DNA from: an uncultured Fibrobacteria bacterium
Lineage (GTDB): Bacteria; Fibrobacterota; Fibrobacteria; UBA11236
Direction of reading: 5' to 3'
Length of the DNA: 64,000 nucleotides
Assembly (NCBI GenBank): GCA_963716395.1
Contig: OY970309.1
Coordinates: 1,344,001 to 1,408,000 of the forward strand
A program made the translations under genes and the position numbers. The notes beneath the pieces were generated by a model. That model made no database searches and had not been told where the DNA came from. It was given only the letters and a program-made list of their open reading frames with translations. Every line of letters starts with the position of its first letter. Position 1 is the first letter of the stretch. Positions 48,901 to 57,616 of the stretch are shown here, one piece after another.

Positions 48901-49855
48901 CGATGTCTTCGCCGCGACTGCCGCGGCTCGTGAGCAGCCATTGCCCGGCCGAATCGCGGAAGTCGAAGCGGAAGAAAACGCGCTGCGGGCTCAGCCGATA
49001 GGGCGCCGACGGATCAAACCCGGAAACCACGGCTTGCAGGTGGACCTGCGCGCGGTAGCCGCGGCCGGAAGAAACCTGCGCGGTGAAATCAAGATGGCCG
49101 ACGGTCGGCCATTTCAATCGGGGTAGCAGGGCGGCGACATACGGTTTCGAGGAAGCGGCCTGCACGTGCACGTCGGCGGAACCCCGCAGCAGATTCGTCT
49201 TGGGAAACTTTCCAGACATGGAAATTTGATCGGCGCCGCACTTCACCTCCACGTCGGCTTTGGCCTCGCGTTGGAACCAATCCACGCCCGCGTGCAGGCC
49301 AAGCGACAGCGCATGCAAAGGCCGCGCACGGATTTTTCCCACGTCCAGTTTCGCAGATTGCGATCCCGCGGTTAAAACCCGCACGTTGACGGCCGAGGCG
49401 AGAAAGCCGGAATCGTCGTCCACGAAAACGCCGCGGGCCGTCGCCCGGATCGAAACCGGAATTTTGACGTCGGGAAAAGCCAGAGAGTCAGGATGTACCG
49501 ATTGGGCGGGCGCTGAAGCTGCGGGCAACAGCGTCAGGCGTGCGGTATCGAGCGCCGCGTCGACCAAGGGTGAGAAACGGAACAGGCTTCGGAACAGATT
49601 GGCCGAAACACGGAACGATCCGGCGGCGACGCGCAGGTTCGGCGCCGTGTAGTACAGCGAATCGGCCGCGAGCGCGAAGTTCCAGTGCCAGCGTGCGTTT
49701 ACCACGCGCAAACTTCCCTGTCCCACGGCGATTCCCCGGCCCAGGTATTTGCGTACGGCCCACTTGCCGCCGAAATACGTCGTGGGTACGGATACGGCAA
49801 CCAGCGCGGCCGCCGTCCACAAGATTCTTTTCAGCCATTTGCGCCAGGATTTCAT
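45929..49855 (-). CDS. TamB/AsmA-like (translocation and assembly module) protein
   Basis: N-terminal TM anchor, ~1300 aa of beta-rich repeats, DUF490-like C-terminal region, coupled to the Omp85 gene. Confidence 0.75.
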   Translation of the reverse strand: MKSWRKWLKRILWTAAALVAVSVPTTYFGGKWAVRKYLGRGIAVGQGSLRVVNARWHWNFALAADSLYYTAPNLRVAAGSFRVSANLFRSLFRFSPLVDAALDTARLTLLPAASAPAQSVHPDSLAFPDVKIPVSIRATARGVFVDDDSGFLASAVNVRVLTAGSQSAKLDVGKIRARPLHALSLGLHAGVDWFQREAKADVEVKCGADQISMSGKFPKTNLLRGSADVHVQAASSKPYVAALLPRLKWPTVGHLDFTAQVSSGRGYRAQVHLQAVVSGFDPSAPYRLSPQRVFFRFDFRDSAGQWLLTSRGSRGEDIGFQGNLHATAADSLKNPGWLFHHVKGTLSGHVHGIPLVVDGRKIAGDAEVNAPQFNPNAADVKITTGDGSRIFADLRNKAGRGWAGAFSARVVPAERWVRAFCDTNVAFRSLITNGRVENNALNATLDAGGLTAYGAAADSLHLILRSRNSAYELEPSFLRSGKTTWQLAGRLQTGKTGTSATLRLWNPAFGSVQADMPKAGLLKARITRLMPEKLPYRGLKKLAAYHPRLTLDFQWDRAAQTGAADVDLAGVYDKEKADFKTRAHWNKDALEVPELIASIGGASLRAGLALKLEGRPFYEVTKLSRKDYRLVYLEANQFDLAKALRIVLPNPPLLSGVVDGRLSYSDSAGFHGAYRFRNVQPAATADMASIHALSLAGTGDSLVITAVTVSKKEPLFDDSAVIALGGVLSPNQSLAVRVEAGQSLFIRFTSRMHAFQDVQGELDVKGGGALPGKTGEILNLRARAGIGMTFKDGLKSLVLQMDTLQGQYAIPGLDTETFSGPMKIRDGRLKVPALSLKGRTGDLNGRVEYGLTGARVLSAHVEGGGFIAQLGPDDKVQLRNLGVDVKADSNLITLQAHVGAGSAEHVQPPLRVAADFSRLAVFYRAPAGKPAANGPDDVQPLLKVIATLDSSTIRYKLQSFEALQNLFKRSRATRSRARRPMQMQINVETSGSGNKIETDIFRMTYVGNFSMRGVYPYALVDGRINSTQGELGAKGQSYDITRLEVKWLNSTLEEGEVDMEATKKLARNCEAGTTDSCTVISKLSGQLSQVQFSYDTDCGGAYGSGADVAALIYSVRRGCYSTAFATSATRTSYQEQALALLEPLASDYLSEAAGRLSGHWIAQTQISGLGALSSGKQTAADTGTANEAVSLEVDSKEFWRTRLRLRSYYRPNETETNNPWAYLVSVIWRPPLERYVRNSEWKRRVKNNISTDATLYTDTAGNVQQNQQQVGFRFGLNYNFDFWGSPWTKKRPAGNPGAKKPVAADSTQ

Positions 49856-50143
49856 GTTGCTTTTACGCGCATGAATTTCGCAAGGACTACATCGGGCCAA
49901 TCACTCCGCCGATGCGTGAAAATGTCGCGGAATAAAATACGATCAAACCCGTCACGGTTGCGGGAACACGTCCGGCGGAATTTTACGGGCGGGTTTTCTT
50001 TGTCGGCTTCACATCAGGGCGCGGGGAAAACTTTGGCCCTTTCACGGCCGTCAAAGTCACGCGGGGGCATTTGGAAAAACCTCATCATGCCCGCCGCATT
50101 CCGCTCGGACGCCGCGACATCAAAATCCAGAGAGCCGTAAGTT

Positions 50144-50845
50144 CTACAACGAGAAGCCGTAGCCGAGGGTCGCGGCGACCGTGGCCACGCGGGTCGAGCC
50201 GTTCATGTCGGTGGCGACCGTGGAAAAACTGCTGCGCGTGTCCACGTTCACGAGCAGGCACCCGTGCGGCAGGCGCAGGGTGTACTCCAATCCCATGATC
50301 CATCCCGTGTCGCCGTCTTCAATGGTGGGCATGGGTGCACCGGAGTAAGGACCGCCATCCACCTGCCAGGCGATGCGATTTCCTTCTTCCAGCGCGGCGT
50401 AGACGCCGGCTTGCACGAAAAAGCTTTGACGCTTTCCCGCGGCGCCGAAACCGCCTTCCAAGGGCAGCACCAGGTAATCGATCCAGGGCGCGGCGACAAG
50501 TTCATGCGGAAAAGGATTGTTCGGGAATTCCACCGTGGTTTGGTTCGAGGTTTGACCCACGCGTTCATACCAGCCGCCCACCGAAAGGCTGACCCAATTC
50601 CAGCGTGCTTCGGCGGTGAAGCCGTAAGTCGGTTCGACTAGGGGCCGGGCCTTGGACACAGGGTCGAAATAGGCGCTTTGATCGCCCTGGGTAATCAATT
50701 CCGATCCGACCACGCCGACCCGGCCGGAGAGCAGAATTTCGTCGGCATGAAACAGCTTCTGGGAATTTCCGGCCCGGGCGGACCCGCAGACAAAGGCCAC
50801 CCCCACGCCGATTTGCCAGAGCGATATTTTCAGGCGCGGCTTCAT
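50144..50845 (-). CDS. Small outer-membrane beta-barrel protein (OMP_b-brl_2/PorT-like)
   Basis: Signal peptide; IDYLVLPL, FFVQAGVY, terminal TLGYGFSL; ATGA overlap with the upstream gene. Confidence 0.75.
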   Translation of the reverse strand: MKPRLKISLWQIGVGVAFVCGSARAGNSQKLFHADEILLSGRVGVVGSELITQGDQSAYFDPVSKARPLVEPTYGFTAEARWNWVSLSVGGWYERVGQTSNQTTVEFPNNPFPHELVAAPWIDYLVLPLEGGFGAAGKRQSFFVQAGVYAALEEGNRIAWQVDGGPYSGAPMPTIEDGDTGWIMGLEYTLRLPHGCLLVNVDTRSSFSTVATDMNGSTRVATVAATLGYGFSL

Positions 50846-53070
50846 TTCGCACCTCCCAGCCACAGCGTGGTGGCGTAGGTTCGGCCCTGTGAAAGCAGCC
50901 GCAAGGTGACGTGATTCATCCCCAGGTTCCGGAACAGGGAAAGCGGAATGCGGAATCCGTTTTGAAAGCGGTACGCGTCGAGAGGCAGCACAAATAAAAG
51001 CCGTCCCCGCAAATCGAAAACCTGCAAGACCATGTTGGATTGCAGCGGAACATTGATCACGACGTAATCCATGGAGATTTGAAACGCCGGAGAGCGGGTG
51101 AAAGACGATGCCGCTTTCACGGCGATGATGGGATTGCCATCAGGCCCGGTTAAAATGCCGGTGCCTTCCCCCGCGCTGAGATAAGCCTCTTTGCTGAGAA
51201 TGCCGTAACGCATCCCCAGACTCGATTCGCTGTTTTCAAAAATGCGGTTGGGATCGGCAGCCCACAGGCGCGCCAACCCCGAGTCTTGCGCCACGTCGGT
51301 GAAATGCGGCATCAAGGTAAGTAGGCGCGTATTGCGGCCCAGCGCGTCGATGCCCTGCAATTCCAAGGAGTCGCCAAAGGGGGTGGTCGCTTTCATCACC
51401 GCCTGGGTTTGCGCGTCGTCCGCGAAGGGCATGACCACGGCATGCACACGGTTTTGGGTGAAGGAAAGGTATTCGACCGAAGACGGCTGGAAAATGGGAA
51501 AGGACAGATAGTACAGTCCGGAGGGCGGAGCCGCCACGGACGAATAAAGCTGAAGCGGCGCAGCGTTGACGATGGCGAGGGCATTGCCCAGATCGACGCC
51601 CGGCCATTCCGCGTTATAATTGACGATGGTGGTGCTGTCGAGAATGGTTTGCACCACGGTCGCTTGGGTCAGGTCATAAGCGGTCGAGGTGACATCGCCC
51701 GTTCCCAGCATGATGATGTGGTGCAGATCGCTTTGGTTCTCATAGCTCTTTTGAATTTTGTTGAGCGCGGACAAAAAGTCGGCCTGGCTTTGGGAAATCG
51801 AATTGGAGTCGGTCCACGTGACGGGTGCCCAGCCGGGTTTTCCCGTCTTGGCGTTTTGATAGGCACTGAAAAGATTTTGGGAGCTCGAACCATTGAGGTA
51901 GGCCAGCAGGCGGGTGAAGCCGCTGTCGTTCTCGCCGGCGGGCGGAAAGAAAACCGAATCCCTTCCGTCGATGACATGCAAGAGCCCGAAGCGGTGGCCA
52001 CGGGCCCCCAATTCCACCGCCAGTTGCCGCATGTATTGGGCTTCGCTCACCGCCAGCAGCCCCTGCGCGGAAAGGGTTTTGAGGCCGGTGCCATCGGTGG
52101 TCACGAAGTTTGCGGGATTGTTCCAGCGCCAGAGAAAAACCGTTTCCATGGGATGCGACAGCAAGGTCATGATCGAATCGTTGAGCCCGGCATTGAGCAG
52201 GAGATAATGGCCGCTCCAGTCTCCCGAAGAAAAGTCCGAGGTTTGCAAGGTGGCCAGGGTATGCGGCGGCTGCACGCGTTGAAAGGTGAACGACGGGCTG
52301 TAGGGCACCGTCTGGATGTCTTTGTCATGTAAGGTCACCGGTCCGCTGGAACCCATCCATTGAAACGGGGCCGCGGTAGAATCGTCTTCGAAGAAGGTGA
52401 TGTTCACGGTTTTCGGCGCCTCGCCCGAAGGTTGAAAAATCAGGGGAATGGAGATGGGAGCCGAAGGCGATCCGGGCAGGGGCAATTCATAGCGGATGCG
52501 CACGGTGATGGGTTGGCCCAAAGCCACCTTGGCGAAGGTGGCTTCAAACCCCTGATCCGAAAGCTGCTGCAAAAAAGCCACGCGCCCATTCAGGCTCGTG
52601 GCCAGGGCGGCGCTGTCGGTGAACACATTATTGAGGGAATAGGTCATCGGTTTCAGGGTGGAGACAAACAAAGTGTCGTCATGATAAACTTCGAGCCCCC
52701 GGACGGCGGCATTGGGCGGAATGGGCAACGATCCTTGGAAGAGAAAGTCGAGCGTGCTGTTGTTGGGCCGGTTATCGATATTGCCCGACAGCGTGCCTTC
52801 TTCCACGATGTCGAGGTAAGAACCTTTGGAAGTGATGGTCAGCGCCGGGGCTTCCAACGACACCGAACCGAGCGGCGTCAACACATAGGAATAACTGATG
52901 CTGTCGACGTATTGGCTGTCGCGAAAGACATAATTGTCGTTTTGCTGGATGACATAGGTCTGGTAATTGAGTGCGGCCACGACCGGGCGCGGCATGAGGG
53001 CCAAAGCGGCCAGAATGCCGAGGACAAGCGCGGGCCGGCCGAGTGCGGGGTGGAATCCGGAAGTTTTCAT
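50842..53070 (-). CDS. Secreted VIT-like domain protein with T9SS-type tail
   Basis: Signal peptide; LPIPPNAAVRGL...VRIRYELPL (VIT-like); LARLWA...YGILSKEAYL typical of VIT/vWA proteins; tail VFDLRGR. Confidence 0.7.
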   Translation of the reverse strand: MKTSGFHPALGRPALVLGILAALALMPRPVVAALNYQTYVIQQNDNYVFRDSQYVDSISYSYVLTPLGSVSLEAPALTITSKGSYLDIVEEGTLSGNIDNRPNNSTLDFLFQGSLPIPPNAAVRGLEVYHDDTLFVSTLKPMTYSLNNVFTDSAALATSLNGRVAFLQQLSDQGFEATFAKVALGQPITVRIRYELPLPGSPSAPISIPLIFQPSGEAPKTVNITFFEDDSTAAPFQWMGSSGPVTLHDKDIQTVPYSPSFTFQRVQPPHTLATLQTSDFSSGDWSGHYLLLNAGLNDSIMTLLSHPMETVFLWRWNNPANFVTTDGTGLKTLSAQGLLAVSEAQYMRQLAVELGARGHRFGLLHVIDGRDSVFFPPAGENDSGFTRLLAYLNGSSSQNLFSAYQNAKTGKPGWAPVTWTDSNSISQSQADFLSALNKIQKSYENQSDLHHIIMLGTGDVTSTAYDLTQATVVQTILDSTTIVNYNAEWPGVDLGNALAIVNAAPLQLYSSVAAPPSGLYYLSFPIFQPSSVEYLSFTQNRVHAVVMPFADDAQTQAVMKATTPFGDSLELQGIDALGRNTRLLTLMPHFTDVAQDSGLARLWAADPNRIFENSESSLGMRYGILSKEAYLSAGEGTGILTGPDGNPIIAVKAASSFTRSPAFQISMDYVVINVPLQSNMVLQVFDLRGRLLFVLPLDAYRFQNGFRIPLSLFRNLGMNHVTLRLLSQGRTYATTLWLGGAK

Positions 53071-53268
53071 AATGCGGACCCTTCCGTGGCGAAATGAAAT
53101 ATGAAACGTGCGACCCCCGGCGTCTGTGCGGTGAAAACGCCGGGCTTACAATCCAAGCTTAAACATAATGCAAGGGTTTACTGACGGTGTATCGTTTCGC
53201 GCTTCCAAACACAAAAAATGGTGGCTTCGGTCGCCCCGGAATTCTCCCCGGTACGCCCGTCCGTCTGT

Positions 53269-53359
53269 CGTAGGCCTGCCTTAGGCGGACCTGCGTTCAT
53301 TCACCCTCCGGTCTGATACCCCGTCCGCCGCAGGTCTGCCTCAGGTGGACCTGCGTTCA
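53269..53359. repeat. Two tandem REP-like palindromes, 60-bp period
   Basis: CGTAGGCCTGCC-tta-GGCGGACCTGCGTTCA (53269-53299) and CGCAGGTCTGCC-tca-GGTGGACCTGCGTTCA (53329-53359). Confidence 0.8.
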
Positions 53360-53388
53360 ATATGCAATTTCGAAGGGGATTTCCGAAC

Positions 53389-54612
53389 CTACCGCGCCGC
53401 CGACAATTGCCGCACATAGGCGATTAGCGGCGGGAATTCGGATTTCTGGATGACGCCCTGGAAGGGCGGCATTTTGGTCAGCGGCTTGAAATTCGCAGGA
53501 TGTTCGATCCAGGCCTGTAGCGAAGAGTCGGCGGGGAAGTCGACCTTGGATCGGGTCAAATCGCCGAGACCCACGCCGGACTCTCCGTGGCAGGCCACGC
53601 AGCCGTATTTGTGATAGATGGCCTTGCCGTCGGCCAGCGCCGGTCCACTCCAATCGGAAAAGTTGCGCGCCACCGCGTTGTGGATGGGCGGTACGGTTTT
53701 GAGATAGGCGAAGATGGCGCGCGCTTCTTCGTCGGTGAATTCCGGCATGCGGGTCATGGGATAGCGCAAGGGCCGGCCATCGGGGCGAATGCCGAAGCGC
53801 AAAGCTTTGACGAAATCATCTTCGCTCCATTGGCCGATGCCGGTTGCGGCATCGGGGGTCAGATTGGCGGAGTAGACGACTTTTCCATCCATTCCCACGA
53901 GAGGATTGCCGCCGCCGAGGTAGCCGAGGGAATGTTCCGGGTGCACCTCGTCCATCTTTTTGAAATCGGCCGAATGGCAACCGAAGCATTCCATTTCATC
54001 CTGCACTACGTATTTGCCGTAGGCCACCCGGTTCTTGATGTCGGGCGCCGTGATGGGGTGGTCGGGATAGGCGAAGGGTTTGAAGGCCACGTGGCAGAGA
54101 AACTTGGCCAGAAAGGTCGGCTCGGATTCGGTGTCGGGCACTGACGCGGCCTGCACGGCCGAGTCGTTGGATCGCAAATAGGCGATGATCGAATAGACGT
54201 CTTCGTCGGCGATGCGCGGCAATTTGACCATCCAGGGCGGCGCATAGCGCCCGTTGCGTTTGATTCCCGTGCGCAGGAGGTAGGCGATGTCGCCGTCGGT
54301 CCAAGTCCCGATGCCGTAGGTTGAATCCTGCGTGATATTGCGCGAATAGGCCAAGCCGAAAGTGGTGGGCAAATCGGCCAGCCGGTGTCCGGTTAACCTG
54401 CCGGTTTCGGCATTCAAATGACACTCCTTGCACAGCATGCTGGCGATGACCTTGCCGCGCGCCACCCGTGCCGGCGTGACCTGTACATGCAAGTCGATGC
54501 GGCCCGGCGAATATTTCGGGATTCCGGTGATTTGGATGTACAGGAGAAATCCACCCAGGGCCACAACCAGCAAGGCCACGACGCTGAACGCAATCAAAAA
54601 AATCCGTTTCAT
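53389..54612 (-). CDS. Membrane-anchored triheme c-type cytochrome
   Basis: N-terminal TM; CKECH, CFGCH, CVACH; NITQD..GIG.W and NLTPD..GIG.W repeats. Confidence 0.92.
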   Translation of the reverse strand: MKRIFLIAFSVVALLVVALGGFLLYIQITGIPKYSPGRIDLHVQVTPARVARGKVIASMLCKECHLNAETGRLTGHRLADLPTTFGLAYSRNITQDSTYGIGTWTDGDIAYLLRTGIKRNGRYAPPWMVKLPRIADEDVYSIIAYLRSNDSAVQAASVPDTESEPTFLAKFLCHVAFKPFAYPDHPITAPDIKNRVAYGKYVVQDEMECFGCHSADFKKMDEVHPEHSLGYLGGGNPLVGMDGKVVYSANLTPDAATGIGQWSEDDFVKALRFGIRPDGRPLRYPMTRMPEFTDEEARAIFAYLKTVPPIHNAVARNFSDWSGPALADGKAIYHKYGCVACHGESGVGLGDLTRSKVDFPADSSLQAWIEHPANFKPLTKMPPFQGVIQKSEFPPLIAYVRQLSAAR

Positions 54613-54696
54613 GCGGTTTCCTTTATTTCCCGAAAATGGGAGCGGGGCGAAAGGATAAAAAACGCGACGGGGATCCCGAAATTAATCGTCGGCCAG

Positions 54697-55440
54697 TTAC
54701 GTGTCGTCGGGCGCGTACATCAGGGAGGCGGCCAAGTCGAGAAAATCGGAAAACAGCTTGGCCGCGTCGTGACGCTTCTCACGCAGTTCCCGGTGCGACT
54801 GGGCGAAATCCAGGGCCAAAGGCAGGGGTAGCAAGGTGGCCGGTTCGCCCTCCCAGGTCGAATACATTTGCACCAAGACTTGAGTAAGGCTCACCGAAGG
54901 CCGGATCATGCGAATCTCGGGATGAATCAGATGGCGGCACAGATCGGCCGGACTGGTGACCAAATGCTCGCGGCAAATCAGGGGCCGAAAGGGATGGATG
55001 GAGCACGACTCCTCTTCGAGAAAAGGGCAGGGGATCTGCAATTTGAAATAATCGACGGCCATACGCACTAGTTCTTTGCCCGCGGCCGCCTCGCCTTCCA
55101 GCGTGCGATCGGCGAAACCTTCGGCGCGCAGCGCATCTTGGGCGGCTTCAAATCGTTCGAGATAAGCCTGGCGCTTTTCCGGTAACACGCCGGCCAGCAT
55201 TTCCCACAGCAAAAAGGCTTCGGGCGCCGACACGGGCACGGGCTGCCGGCAGCAGGCGCCGCAACCCGCGCGACAGGAAACCGCGCGCCCTTCCTGCTGG
55301 GCTGCGCGCACGCCCATGGCCACCAGGCGTTCTTCCAGGGGAAACAGGTTGAACACGAATTCGGGCCAGCGCATCGTGCCCTGGGGGTCGGGCACCTGGG
55401 CCTGCAGGCGGCCGTAGCGGGTTCGAAGATCGATATCCAT
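54697..55440 (-). CDS. YkgJ family cysteine-cluster protein
   Basis: CRAGCGACC ... CPFLEEESCSIHPFRPLICR. Confidence 0.9.
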   Translation of the reverse strand: MDIDLRTRYGRLQAQVPDPQGTMRWPEFVFNLFPLEERLVAMGVRAAQQEGRAVSCRAGCGACCRQPVPVSAPEAFLLWEMLAGVLPEKRQAYLERFEAAQDALRAEGFADRTLEGEAAAGKELVRMAVDYFKLQIPCPFLEEESCSIHPFRPLICREHLVTSPADLCRHLIHPEIRMIRPSVSLTQVLVQMYSTWEGEPATLLPLPLALDFAQSHRELREKRHDAAKLFSDFLDLAASLMYAPDDT

Positions 55441-55846
55441 GCGTCACTTCAAGGTTACGGCCGCTTCCAGATCGAGGCCGCCGCCAGGAAATTAGACTTT
55501 TTCGGGAATCGACGCGGGGGACGGGGCAACCACTGGCGATTCTCCCGTAAATCCAGTCTCCGGCTCCGAAAATCCCGCCCGGGCTACACCGGCAATCAGA
55601 ATCAATTACGGCAATCCCTGAGAAGGCAAGAAACGAGTCAATTCAATATTGCAATGCCAATGCACTTCGTGTCCCGCTTATCCCATCTTGAAATTTTCAA
55701 GGAAACTAGAATGTGACAGTTGCCATGACACTTTGAAAACCAATCAGGATCTCCTTGGAAATGGGTTTGAAGCAGGAGTTTTGTCGAATTCCCGAAGCAA
55801 AAATTATTCACCGGATTGCATCGGGTGAAAAACCAAGGAGAGGCCT

Positions 55847-57535
55847 ATGCGATTTTTCCAACTCATTAAATTTTCCGGAATTTTATCTGCGCTTTTTTTC
55901 TCGGCAGTGCGCGCCGACATGATTTCCGTCACCGACGACAGCGTCAAGGCCGGGGGAACCTTTCATTGGACCAATTCAAATTCCTATTACCTGCACGGCA
56001 AAGTGTTTATCCGTGCGGGGTCCCGGCTCAATATCGATTCCGGCACCACGATCTATGCCGACAATAATTCCGGCGCCGCCACCACCATACTGGTGATTTG
56101 CCGCGGGGCCCGCATCTACGCGCAGGGCACGGCCGGCATGCCCATCACCTTCACCTCCATTCTCGATACATCAAAAATTCTGCTGCCCATCGGCAACATC
56201 TCGCGCGGCCTCTGGGGTGGGCTGCAGATTTGCGGTCGCGCCACGAACAATGCCGCGGGCGGCATCAACCTCAAGCTCACGGAAGACGCGACACTCACCG
56301 ATTCGACTTTGCTCTGGTTCGGTGATTCGGTGGCTGATGATAACGACACCTCCGGCGTGCTCGAGTATGTAAGTGTCCGGTATACGGGTCAAACCGACAT
56401 CGGTCAAATCAAGGGCTTTGTATTGGCTTCGGTGGGCAAGGGCACCATCGTCGATCATGTCGAAGCTTTTTGCGGCGCCGAAGACGGCTTCGACTTGTAC
56501 GGGGGAACGGTGGACGTGAAGTATGTGACCAGCGAATACAATGCGGGTGACGATATCTACTACTCCTACGGATATTCCGGGCGCGTGCAATTCGCTTTCG
56601 CCATCCAAACCGTGATTCCCGGCGGCAAATCCAACGGCACCTGCTCCAAACTGGAAAGCAGCGATTCAGCCGATATGCCCTACTCCACCGGCAAGATTTA
56701 CAACGCCACCTATATCGGCACCGGAGCGAACAATCCGGACACCTGGAAATACAAGTACGGCATCTACTACAAGAAAGACGCGGGCGGAACCTTCGCCAAC
56801 TCGATTTTGACCCAATGCTCCAATTACGGAATCTATGTCGATAGCACGGTGTATCCCAATACCAGCGCCCGGGCGCATTTGGCCGACAGCACCTTGATCA
56901 TCATGAACAACATCTTCTACGGATTCGGCCATGGCAACACCCTTGACAGCGTAGCCGCGAATTCGGGATCGCTGGAAGACTATCTGACTTCGCATAACAA
57001 CGACTTGAGCGATCCCATGATCAACGCCTTTGGCTGGCCCAGCCCCGCGGACAGCTTGACTTTGAAATCGGATTCGGCTTTGGATCCCCGGCCTTCGCCC
57101 TCGGGCATCGCCACGCAAAATATCGCCACGACGCCCAACGACGGATTTTTCGAAAACGTGAATTACCGCGGCGCCTTTGATCCCAATACGACGGTTTGGC
57201 TGAAAGGGTGGTCGACCTTGGCTCGCTTCGGCATGCTGAAACCCGCGGCCACTTCCCCCATCAAAATTCCGTCCAAAGGGTTGGCGTTCACATCCTCGGC
57301 GCGCCTGTTTGCCGACGGCGACCTGTTCACCTTGGAGTGGAATCAATTGTCGGCCGGCCGCACCGTCGTCACCTTGCGCGATATGTCGGGCCGGCAGATC
57401 GGGGTGTTGGATAATTCCCAGCGACGGGTGGGAATGCAGACCATTCCCGTGGCGCTGAAGGCACCCGGCGTTTACGTGCTGCATATCGTGCAGCCGGGCC
57501 ACACCGAGTCGTTGCGCGTCAGCCAAGCCCGGTAA
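55847..57535 (+). CDS. Secreted beta-helix-like protein with T9SS-type tail
   Basis: AAGGAG RBS, signal peptide; PITFTS, GLWGGL.ICG.A, SGVLEYVSVRY.G, DGFDLYGGTV, YRGAF...WLKGW; tail LRDMSGR...PGVYVL. Confidence 0.85.
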   Translation: MRFFQLIKFSGILSALFFSAVRADMISVTDDSVKAGGTFHWTNSNSYYLHGKVFIRAGSRLNIDSGTTIYADNNSGAATTILVICRGARIYAQGTAGMPITFTSILDTSKILLPIGNISRGLWGGLQICGRATNNAAGGINLKLTEDATLTDSTLLWFGDSVADDNDTSGVLEYVSVRYTGQTDIGQIKGFVLASVGKGTIVDHVEAFCGAEDGFDLYGGTVDVKYVTSEYNAGDDIYYSYGYSGRVQFAFAIQTVIPGGKSNGTCSKLESSDSADMPYSTGKIYNATYIGTGANNPDTWKYKYGIYYKKDAGGTFANSILTQCSNYGIYVDSTVYPNTSARAHLADSTLIIMNNIFYGFGHGNTLDSVAANSGSLEDYLTSHNNDLSDPMINAFGWPSPADSLTLKSDSALDPRPSPSGIATQNIATTPNDGFFENVNYRGAFDPNTTVWLKGWSTLARFGMLKPAATSPIKIPSKGLAFTSSARLFADGDLFTLEWNQLSAGRTVVTLRDMSGRQIGVLDNSQRRVGMQTIPVALKAPGVYVLHIVQPGHTESLRVSQAR

Positions 57536-57616
57536 CGCTTCGGCCTGGATTTAAACAAACCTCCGGCGGCGGATTCCGCATTCTCGTGGAAGTCCGCCGG
57601 TTCGGATTCGAAAACC

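Noticed and set aside
53269-53359. Mini CRISPR array
   Set aside because: Only two units, 4 mismatches, the 'spacer' resembles the flank of the first unit, and there are no cas genes. REP-like is a better fit.
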